NCBI GenBank assembly: GCA_049513715.1
Contig: JBEKVV010000002.1
Location: forward strand, 320,001-384,000
Length of the DNA: 64,000 nucleotides
Direction of reading: 5' to 3'
DNA from: Candidatus Bathyarchaeia archaeon
Lineage (GTDB): Archaea; Thermoproteota; Bathyarchaeia; 40CM-2-53-6
Both the position numbers and the translations under genes were made by a program. Positions 56,447 through 64,000 of this stretch are shown here, piece by piece (the stretch's first letter is position 1; each line of letters begins with the position of its first letter). The notes beneath the pieces were generated by a model that made no database searches, was not told the origin of the DNA, and was given only the letters and a program-made list of their open reading frames with translations.

Positions 56447-58567
56447 TTGGCGATTGCGGAACTCAGGTATGATCGGGGCAAAGTGCACAGGGGTTACAAC
56501 AACAGATCATTGTACGTTGACCTTTCACACGCACGCATAGCTGAGAAGTCAGTCACACAGGAAATGAAAGAGAAATTCGTCGGTGGTCGTGGATTCGACC
56601 TATGGCTCCTATGGCAAGCTTTGCCAAAAGGGCGTGCTGCGAAATGGGATGACTCGGAGAACGAGGTTTGTATTGCCTGTGGTCCGCTGGGAGGCATACC
56701 TGTGTACCCAGGCAGCGGAAAGAGCATCGTAGTTTCGGTCTCCCCGCTAACGGGGTCTGTAATTGATTCAAATGTCGGTGGATACTTTGGCCCCTACCTC
56801 AAATTCGCCGGTTGGGATGCATTGGAGATTCAAGGAAAGGCTAACGGCGACGTAGTCATATTCATTGATGGGGACAAAGGGGTAGTTCGTATAGACGATG
56901 GTTCCGGACTTCCTGCCGACACGCACCTGCTTGTAGACGTTTTGGCCAGCAGGTATGGGGATGGAAACCCACACAGTATCTCAGTAGTTTCCGCAGGTCC
57001 TGGGGCCGAGCACACTCTGATGGGTTGTCTAAACTTCTCATGGTATGACGCAGGCCGCAAGGTTCACAGGATCAAACAGGCAGGACGAGGTGGTATCGGC
57101 ACAGTCCTTCGAAACAAGAGAACAAAAGCACTAGTCGTAAAGTACTCTGGGAGAATCGGCGTCGAGTCAAACGACCCGGTTGATCCACAACTAGTAAAAG
57201 AGATCGGAACCGCGTACACGCAGGAAATAAGAACACTCGATCCCAAACAGAACGAAATGGCAACAGTCGGAACGGCGCACCTCGTAACAATAATGAACGA
57301 ATTCGACCTACTGCCTGTAAACAACTTCCGGTTTGGCAGCAACGCCGAAGCTCACAAGATTGGCGCAGAAGTCTACCGAAAGAAATTCCACAAAGGCTTT
57401 GATGGATGCTGGATGGGATGTGCCATGGCGTGTGCTCACGTGGTGCAAGACTTTGAGCTTAAGACCGGTCCTTTCCGTGGGCAGCGGATATCCGCCGATG
57501 GGCCAGAATACGAAACCATAGCAGGTGTCGGCAGCAACTGTGGAATCTATGATCCAGACTACGTTGTTGAGATGAACTTCTACTGTGACACGTACGGGTT
57601 GGATACCATATCAGTCGGAACCGCCATTGCCTTTGTAATGGAATGCTACGAGATGGGTATTATTGACAAGAAAATTACTGGCGGCTTGGATTTGAAATTC
57701 GGTAACAAGGAGGCAGCTCTTGAACTTCTGCATCAAATGGCCAAGGGCATTGGTTTCGGGGCAGTCGTCGGTCAAGGCATCAGACGGATGAAGAATCTTT
57801 TCTCAGAGAAGCATGGTGCGGATCCGAAGATTTTGAGAGACATCGGGATGGAAGCCAAGGGATTGGAATACTCGGAATATGTGACGAAGGAATCGTTGGC
57901 ACAGCAAGGCGGATACGGGCTTGCTCTCAAAGGCCCTCAACATGACGAAGCTTGGTTGATATTCTCGGACATGGTACACAAACTAATGCCAACTTTCCAA
58001 CAGAAGGCCGAAAACCTATACTGGTTCCCAATGTTCCGCACATGGTTTGGTCTGAACGGTCTATGCAAACTGCCATGGAATGACGTTATCCCCGAAGAAA
58101 ACAGCAAGACCAAGGAGCCCGCGAAGGTGATGAGCCATGTTGAGAACTACGCCACACTGTTCTCTGCGGTCACAGGGACACAAGTCACACATGAGGACAT
58201 CATTTCAATGAGTGAGAGGGTCTACAATTTTCAGCGAATCTTCAACCTGAGAATGGGTTACGGTACACGAGAGCATGATGCGGTGCCTTATCGGTCCGTT
58301 GGGCCCGTAACGCGAGAGGAGTACGAAAGTCGCGAAGAACGCTACGATGCACAACTCAAAGAGAAGGTAGGCTGGGATCCAACAGACAAGACGATTGAAG
58401 GCAAAATGGAAGCTCTCAGGAAATACCGTGAATCAGAATACGAAAAACTGAAGGACGCCGTCTACCAAAGGAGAGGCTGGGACAGGAACGGAGTGCCAAC
58501 CTTAGAAAAAGTCAAAGCCCTCGGCATAGACTACCCGGACGTAGTGGATCTTCTGGAAAATCATTGA
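56447..58567 (+). CDS. Aldehyde:ferredoxin oxidoreductase family (W/Mo-pterin)
   Basis: SPLTG...DSNVGG, AGRGG.G.V, CWMGCAMAC, GPEYET, CDTYGLDTIS, Y..RGWD.NGVPT. Confidence 0.93.
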   Translation: MAIAELRYDRGKVHRGYNNRSLYVDLSHARIAEKSVTQEMKEKFVGGRGFDLWLLWQALPKGRAAKWDDSENEVCIACGPLGGIPVYPGSGKSIVVSVSPLTGSVIDSNVGGYFGPYLKFAGWDALEIQGKANGDVVIFIDGDKGVVRIDDGSGLPADTHLLVDVLASRYGDGNPHSISVVSAGPGAEHTLMGCLNFSWYDAGRKVHRIKQAGRGGIGTVLRNKRTKALVVKYSGRIGVESNDPVDPQLVKEIGTAYTQEIRTLDPKQNEMATVGTAHLVTIMNEFDLLPVNNFRFGSNAEAHKIGAEVYRKKFHKGFDGCWMGCAMACAHVVQDFELKTGPFRGQRISADGPEYETIAGVGSNCGIYDPDYVVEMNFYCDTYGLDTISVGTAIAFVMECYEMGIIDKKITGGLDLKFGNKEAALELLHQMAKGIGFGAVVGQGIRRMKNLFSEKHGADPKILRDIGMEAKGLEYSEYVTKESLAQQGGYGLALKGPQHDEAWLIFSDMVHKLMPTFQQKAENLYWFPMFRTWFGLNGLCKLPWNDVIPEENSKTKEPAKVMSHVENYATLFSAVTGTQVTHEDIISMSERVYNFQRIFNLRMGYGTREHDAVPYRSVGPVTREEYESREERYDAQLKEKVGWDPTDKTIEGKMEALRKYRESEYEKLKDAVYQRRGWDRNGVPTLEKVKALGIDYPDVVDLLENH

Positions 58568-58637
58568 GTAAACTGATTTCAAACTGAACTTAACACGCGG
58601 CAGGTTGGGAGAGCCTCCCATCGGCCGAAAAGATCAC

Positions 58638-59540
58638 TCAGATGTTGATCAGTACTATGCCTCCAATTGCAAAGACCGCTCCCAAGATCACCTTAGCGTT
58701 CACTCTTTCCGATTTGGGTATGAGCGCATAAGCGAGAAGAACGGTCACGAGAGATTTCAGGTTGTATGTGGGAACAATGTAGACTGTTGCTGCGAGAGCT
58801 AGGGCGGCAAAGAGTGTCACCTGACCTAAACCGCTAAGGAAAGATCCGGCAATGAGTTTCTGGCTTCGTTTCATGTCGGAGAGCACTACTTCCTTACTCT
58901 TGAGAATGAGGAATATCGTTAGTGGAATGAGAGGGACTCCCGCTGCGATTACTAGTCCCGTCATTGGAAGGCTGACCAACGTGAGGCCAAACCGGGTCAG
59001 GAGGTTCGTTATGGACCAAATGAAACCAGCAAAGAGCCCATACATAATCCCTCTTTGCCACCGCCAACCGGTACTGTTGGAGTCAGATGAAGAGACCGTG
59101 ATTATTCCAACCCCAGCCGCAAGGACGCCAACAATTATGTTCAGGCTGGAGGGTTCACTCAACAATGCCATGCCAAGAAGAGGTGTCACAATGGCAGACG
59201 TATTAGAAACAACGCTAGTCCTGGAGCCTCCCACTGATTCTATGCCCTTGTAGTACAAGGTCATGGCCATTGGAAAGTGAAGCGCGCCTATCATCGACCA
59301 CAATAGGAAATCCGTGATGCTCAATTGATTCCAGAACGCCGATTCGTAGAGGAAAGCTGCGATCAAAGAGATGAGGCACGTGGCCAGCATGGTCACTAAG
59401 AGGCCTGTAACTGGCTTGGTTTCCTCGAAGGCCTTCCTAAGCAGAATTTCTCTGCTACCCCAGGTGACCGCCGTGACTAGGGCTAGAAGAACTCCAACCG
59501 TCACGTCCATGTCAATCAACCGAACCTCGGCGGTTTTCAC
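58638..59540 (-). CDS. DMT/EamA family transporter
   Basis: About 10 TM segments, two EamA repeats. Confidence 0.85.
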   Translation of the reverse strand: MKTAEVRLIDMDVTVGVLLALVTAVTWGSREILLRKAFEETKPVTGLLVTMLATCLISLIAAFLYESAFWNQLSITDFLLWSMIGALHFPMAMTLYYKGIESVGGSRTSVVSNTSAIVTPLLGMALLSEPSSLNIIVGVLAAGVGIITVSSSDSNSTGWRWQRGIMYGLFAGFIWSITNLLTRFGLTLVSLPMTGLVIAAGVPLIPLTIFLILKSKEVVLSDMKRSQKLIAGSFLSGLGQVTLFAALALAATVYIVPTYNLKSLVTVLLAYALIPKSERVNAKVILGAVFAIGGIVLINI

Positions 59541-59696
59541 TTAAGAAGCGTATGACCTAAGCGTACATGAGGGAGAAGGGCGGCCTGGAACACTCTAGGT
59601 CAGATTCCTCTAGAAAAATCATCCTAAGCAGGTAAGCGTTTAAGTCAATGAGCTGGGTCTCTGGGCACAGCTTTAGGTGAAAGAAGGTTTCGGAAC

Positions 59697-59903
59697 TTGG
59701 TCCGAAGAATTACGATGGCGGGTTATGTGTTGACTGTGTTGGGGATAGCAGGGACCATGTTTTCCCTGGTCATCGAACAGTCTGATTACGACCCTGTTGC
59801 TTTCGGATTGGCCACAGTATCGATTCTTGTTGCAATAGTTGGCCTCTCACTCGCGCTTAGGATGCCACGAAACGACAAGCAAGCGGCCACAAGCGCTTCC
59901 TAA
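59697..59903 (+). CDS. Small two-TM hypothetical protein
   Basis: Two hydrophobic segments; preceded by an AT-rich box and a purine-rich SD-like sequence. Confidence 0.5.
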   Translation: MVRRITMAGYVLTVLGIAGTMFSLVIEQSDYDPVAFGLATVSILVAIVGLSLALRMPRNDKQAATSAS

Positions 59904-60027
59904 AGAAGCCTAGCGCAAATTCGTCCAGGCCGATTTCAAGTAAATCACATAATCAGAGTGTTCTACGCGACATTTAGCAACACAACAGATTTAAATACAT
60001 TAATCTGAACGACTCATTGGATACCAA

Positions 60028-60426
60028 ATGAGTGTGGAACTCACCCAGGACAGATTGAAACGGCTAGTGGATTCAGGGCTCCGCGGCACTTGTCGCCCGA
60101 GCGAGCGACTATTACAGTTGAAGAGAAAGGCGGAGGGAGTCGATCATTTGGAGATCAAACGGCTTGAACAGCTGTTCTTTGGGCTTTCAGATAAGACTCG
60201 TCTAATGATTTTGCAACTACTGGCGGACGAAGAACTATGTTCATGTGAAATAACGGCTGCACTGAACTTAACAGAGCCAACTACGTCACATCATCTTGGC
60301 ATTCTTGAAAGATCTGGCTTAGTTGCCTCACGGCGTGACGGAAAATGGGTCTTCTATCGGCTTGCCAGACACGACGCCAAGACTCTACTCACGAAAGGTG
60401 CCGCGATAGTCAAGGGAGCCACGTGA
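60028..60426 (+). CDS. arsR: ArsR/SmtB metalloregulator
   Basis: LSDKTRL.IL..L..ELCSCEI...SHHL..L...[12 protein letters not shown]. Confidence 0.92.
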   Translation: MSVELTQDRLKRLVDSGLRGTCRPSERLLQLKRKAEGVDHLEIKRLEQLFFGLSDKTRLMILQLLADEELCSCEITAALNLTEPTTSHHLGILERSGLVASRRDGKWVFYRLARHDAKTLLTKGAAIVKGAT

Positions 60427-60427
60427 G

Positions 60428-61516
60428 TTGGCGGCGAAGAAGCCAAAACACCTTTCCCTTCTCGATAGGTTTCTGACTGTCTGGATATTTCTTGCGATGG
60501 CGATCGGCGTAGGTGCTGGCGCAGTCTTTCCGCAACTCCCGAAACTCCTCGATGCATTGAGCGTGGGAACTATTTCGGTGCCGATCGCAGTGGGTCTGCT
60601 TTGGATGATGTACCCACCGCTGGCTCGCGTGAAGTATGAGGAACTTTCGAAGGTTGGAAGAGCTTGGAGAATGTTCGGCGTTTCCCTTTTTCAGAACTGG
60701 CTCGTAGGGCCCTTCCTAATGTTTGGTTTAGCTTGGCTGTTTCTGCCCGACATGCCCGAGTACAGAATTGGAATCATCATAGTGGGGCTTGCGAGGTGCA
60801 TCGCAATGGTCCTCGTATGGAACATGTTAGCAGAAGGGGATAATGAATACGCAGCTGTGCTCGTCGCCCTCAACTCAATCTTCCAAGTCGCACTTTACTC
60901 CGTTTACGCGTGGTTCTTCGTGACTCTCCTCTCATCTTGGGTTGCACAAGGTTCAGGTGTCACAGTCGCAATTTCCATTTGGGACATAGCCAAAACAGTC
61001 TTCATCTATCTTGGCATCCCGTTCATCGCAGGAATGGCAACCAGATTCATTCTCGTGCGCAAGAAAGGCAAGACCTGGTATGATGAAACGTTCGTGGAGA
61101 AGTTGAGTCCAACCGCTTTAATTGGGCTACTCTTCACGATAGTTGTAATGTTCTCGTTGAAAGGCGGATATATCCTTTCGCTGCCGTGGGACGTTGTACG
61201 TATTGCAATTCCTCTCGTGAGCTATTTCTTGATCATGTTCACTGTCTCCTTTGTAATATCCAAGGCATGGCGATTTTCATACCCAGAAACGGCCACATTG
61301 TCCTTCACAGCCGCGAGCAACAACTTTGAGCTCGCAATAGCGGTCGCGGTCGGTGTTTTCGGCATAAATTCGGGGGAAGCCTTTGCTGCAGTATTAGGGC
61401 CACTGTTCGAAGTGCCCGTCCTAATCGGCCTCGTAAATGCGTCACTGTGGGCGAGACGGAAATTCTTCACAGCAGGCGCAGAGCAGATCGCGGATGTGAT
61501 TCACCACGAACGGTGA
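60428..61516 (+). CDS. acr3: Acr3 arsenite efflux transporter
   Basis: [40 protein letters not shown]. Confidence 0.95.
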   Translation: MAAKKPKHLSLLDRFLTVWIFLAMAIGVGAGAVFPQLPKLLDALSVGTISVPIAVGLLWMMYPPLARVKYEELSKVGRAWRMFGVSLFQNWLVGPFLMFGLAWLFLPDMPEYRIGIIIVGLARCIAMVLVWNMLAEGDNEYAAVLVALNSIFQVALYSVYAWFFVTLLSSWVAQGSGVTVAISIWDIAKTVFIYLGIPFIAGMATRFILVRKKGKTWYDETFVEKLSPTALIGLLFTIVVMFSLKGGYILSLPWDVVRIAIPLVSYFLIMFTVSFVISKAWRFSYPETATLSFTAASNNFELAIAVAVGVFGINSGEAFAAVLGPLFEVPVLIGLVNASLWARRKFFTAGAEQIADVIHHER

Positions 61517-61522
61517 TAGCTC

Positions 61523-61927
61523 ATGAGCACCCTGAAGGTTCTATTTGTCTGTGTTGAGAATGCAGGTCGCAGTCAAATGGCCGAGGCATTCGCTAAAAGA
61601 CACGGGATAAATGCAGTGAGCGCAGGGACGCAGCCCTCGACCGCGATTGACCAGATGGTTGTGATAGCGATGAAGGAGAAAGGAATCGCATTTTCCGATG
61701 CTAGACCGAAGGCTCTCACTTCAGCCATGATTGAGGATGCCGATCTGGTAGTTACCATGGGATGCTCCGTTGAGAAGGTCTGCCCGGCCCCAATGATTGC
61801 GAAAATGCAGAAGAAGATACTCGATTGGGACCTAGAAGACCCAAAGGGCAAATCCGTCCAGGTGGTCAGACAAATCAGGGACGAGATCGAACGCAAGGTC
61901 ACTGAACTAGTAGGGAACAATCCGTAA
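61523..61927 (+). CDS. arsC: Arsenate reductase (LMW-PTP fold)
   Basis: CVENAGRSQMAE, TMGC, CP, W.L.DP. Confidence 0.93.
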   Translation: MSTLKVLFVCVENAGRSQMAEAFAKRHGINAVSAGTQPSTAIDQMVVIAMKEKGIAFSDARPKALTSAMIEDADLVVTMGCSVEKVCPAPMIAKMQKKILDWDLEDPKGKSVQVVRQIRDEIERKVTELVGNNP

Positions 61928-62057
61928 TTTAGTAATCACGGCATATAGAAGTCGCCTGGCTTGAGCAAGGTTGCGTTTCGTCTATGGGGCAGTTCTCTCT
62001 TTGTGGCGACAGACTGCGAATGGAGTCTTGTAGGCCGATCAGTCTCGAAACGTCAAA

Positions 62058-62360
62058 TCACTTCTTCGTTGTTCGTTGAGCAATCTCGTTAGCGAGCTCC
62101 TCTTTGGTTTTCCCTTCCGTCGTTATCCCCAAGGATTTTGCAGCGACGATGAGTGGGTCTTGTTGGGTGCTAGCGGCGGAAGTCGATGGAGCTGTTGTTG
62201 CTGCCGTCGCGAGCGTAGTCATCTCTTTTGTAGCCTTCTCAAACTCACGCTTGGCCAGTCCAATGGACCTCGCCATTTCAGGCAGTTTCTGGGGTCCCCA
62301 AATGAACAAAATCACTAGAATGGCGACTACGGTGATCGCCTCAAAACCGACTATGGCCAT
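62058..62360 (-). CDS. tatA: Twin-arginine translocase TatA/E subunit
   Basis: TM + WGPQKLPEMARSIG.A.REF. Confidence 0.9.
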   Translation of the reverse strand: MAIVGFEAITVVAILVILFIWGPQKLPEMARSIGLAKREFEKATKEMTTLATAATTAPSTSAASTQQDPLIVAAKSLGITTEGKTKEELANEIAQRTTKK

Positions 62361-62618
62361 CGTAACTCACATCACAGGGCACTTCGTGCCCGATATAAGA
62401 GTGCTGAATCTACCCAGAGAGAGAAAATCAGGTTTCAGTTAGCCCACCATCCAAAGGACAAGTCGCCTACCGAGAGCGGATTCAGGAGGACCGTTGCGAG
62501 GTTCCAAATACGTGCGTTGCCGACGTCAAGAGGTTACTTCTAACCAAAGCCAAACTGCCAATCAGTCGGCATGATAGGTAAGTGTTCTCGTGCGGCCGCT
62601 GAGATTCAGCGGTTGAGT

Positions 62619-63497
62619 TTAAGCAAAAGCCATCAACGTGAGACCTACAAACATTAGTCCAGCCCCTATGATCCGCACCGAGTTATGGCTCTCCTTCAGC
62701 AGAAGTGAGCCAAGTAGCGCGCCGATGACCACGCTAAATCCACGTCCGGCGACGACGTAACTCGCACTCGTAATCGCCAAAGCAGCTAGCGCCGCAGCAT
62801 ACGCGCTGACCGTCATCACGCTCGTCAAGATGATATTCCGCGCGTTAGATTGCAGTTCGTCGAAATTTCTGCTGACGCGTGCACTTCGCCACACCACGGG
62901 CATCCAAAGGATTGTGTTACCAGCAAAAACCCACCAATTGTATATGAGAGGGGGAGTCGCAATTACAGCGATTTTATCCGAGACAGAATAGACAGCTATG
63001 AAGACCCCGGACATGAGAGCCCAAAAGGCCGCCCTGTTACGAAAGGGCGAAGTAATCGCGGAAAGTTCGAAGGTCATGCGTGAGCGTTCGACAGGTACCG
63101 ACGCGACATAAGCCCCTACCACCATAAGCCCTATGCCGAGATACCCAAACCCTGCCAGTTTCTCTCCCATGAGTGCCCCCAAAACTGCAGAGAAGATCGG
63201 CGCAGAGCCGCGCGACAGGGGATAAACGAGAGAGAGGTCGCCCCGGGAATATCCTCGCACCAAAGTCACAAAGTATCCTGTTTCAGCAATCGCACTAATC
63301 ACAAACCAAGGCCACGACTGATCGTCAAGGAATATGGTTTGCCCACTCAGGAACACTGCAACACCGTAACCCAGCGTGCCGAAGGCAGTGGCCCACCACA
63401 TCAAAGCAATAGTGTTCCTTGAGTTCTTCGCAAGAACATTCCAGCCTGCGTGTAAGAACGCTGCGGCCACTATCAAAACGAACGCGAAGGACTCCAT
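62619..63497 (-). CDS. DMT/EamA family transporter
   Basis: AA.LHA.WN..AK, Y..GDLS.VYP..RG. Confidence 0.88.
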   Translation of the reverse strand: MESFAFVLIVAAAFLHAGWNVLAKNSRNTIALMWWATAFGTLGYGVAVFLSGQTIFLDDQSWPWFVISAIAETGYFVTLVRGYSRGDLSLVYPLSRGSAPIFSAVLGALMGEKLAGFGYLGIGLMVVGAYVASVPVERSRMTFELSAITSPFRNRAAFWALMSGVFIAVYSVSDKIAVIATPPLIYNWWVFAGNTILWMPVVWRSARVSRNFDELQSNARNIILTSVMTVSAYAAALAALAITSASYVVAGRGFSVVIGALLGSLLLKESHNSVRIIGAGLMFVGLTLMAFA

Positions 63498-63669
63498 TCA
63501 CTCCGTGTCTCCATGTGGAAAACCGTTTGATTCGACAGGAAGCGAATCTTGGCAAAGTGGTATTACGAGGTCCTCTTAAGTTTGCTCGCGTTGATTTTGC
63601 TATGATGCGAAACTGGGCAAAGAGGTTAAGTATCATCCAAGGCTTGGACAGAAACGTTGGTTCGCCGTT

Positions 63670-64000
63670 TTGTCGATAAAACTGTCTTCTGGCAAAGAGT
63701 TACCGATTGAGATGCACAAGGCGCGTATGGTGCAAAAAATCACACTGATACCCGTAGAGGAACGAGTCAAGGCCATAGCTGAAGCAGGCTACAACACTTT
63801 CCTGCTGAGGACCAAGGACATATTTCTTGACATGCTCACGGACAGCGGCGTCAACGCGATGAGCGATAACCAATTCGCCGAAATGCTAAGAGCCGATGAT
63901 GCATACGCCGGCAGTATGACCTTCTATGAGTTCGCGGACGCTGTGAAGGACGTAATGGGATTCAAGCATGTAATGAACGCTCACCAGGGCAGGGCGGCCG
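63670..64000 (+). CDS. tnaA: Tryptophanase / tyrosine phenol-lyase family (beta-eliminating lyase), 3'-truncated by window edge
   Basis: Read directly from the sequence: MSIKLSSGKELPIEMHK...AGYNTFLL..KDIFLDMLTDSGVNAMSD.Q...ADDAYAGS...HQGRAA. Confidence 0.88.
   Translation, partial: MSIKLSSGKELPIEMHKARMVQKITLIPVEERVKAIAEAGYNTFLLRTKDIFLDMLTDSGVNAMSDNQFAEMLRADDAYAGSMTFYEFADAVKDVMGFKHVMNAHQGRAA

Noticed and set aside
55889..56488. 199-aa minus-strand ORF and tiny Lys- or Glu-rich + strand ORFs
   Set aside because: No recognisable motifs, the long ORF overlaps the AOR start, and low-complexity purine tracts explain the peptides.
60028..61927. ars operon as a novel system
   Set aside because: It is a standard arsR-acr3-arsC arrangement.

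Overview
This is a 64 kb archaeal chromosomal segment. TBP, L38e, aIF-1A, a class I CCA enzyme, tetraether synthase and BHB-type tRNA introns indicate a TACK archaeon, plausibly Bathyarchaeia (inference). Core content includes the PPDK 3' end, GGT, a hydantoinase/oxoprolinase pair, AMP phosphorylase, mdh, larB/larE, tes plus a geranylgeranyl reductase, a tRNA-processing cluster (trm11-rnz-thpR-cca-kinase), AOR, an ars operon and the tnaA 5' end. An accessory belt at about 19.1-32.4 kb holds toxin-antitoxin genes, IS remnants, pseudogenes and large Ser/Thr-rich surface proteins with PGF/PEF-like sorting tails, next to a PMT/GT4/methyltransferase operon. The standout is a tRNA-Pro(GGG) gene at 53349-53529 that is interrupted by FOUR non-canonical bulge-helix-bulge-type introns (15/16, 20b/21, 30/31, 45/46). 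Removing them gives a 79-nt canonical cloverleaf. Its 3' end plus flank is duplicated 1773 bp downstream, enclosing an islet with aIF-1A, a SET-domain protein and an integrase remnant. Other notable signals are a tRNA-Val(GAC) with a probable 38/39 intron, three probable CTG-initiated genes and several small ORFs missed by the ORF track. All calls come from reading the sequence by eye; no searches were run.
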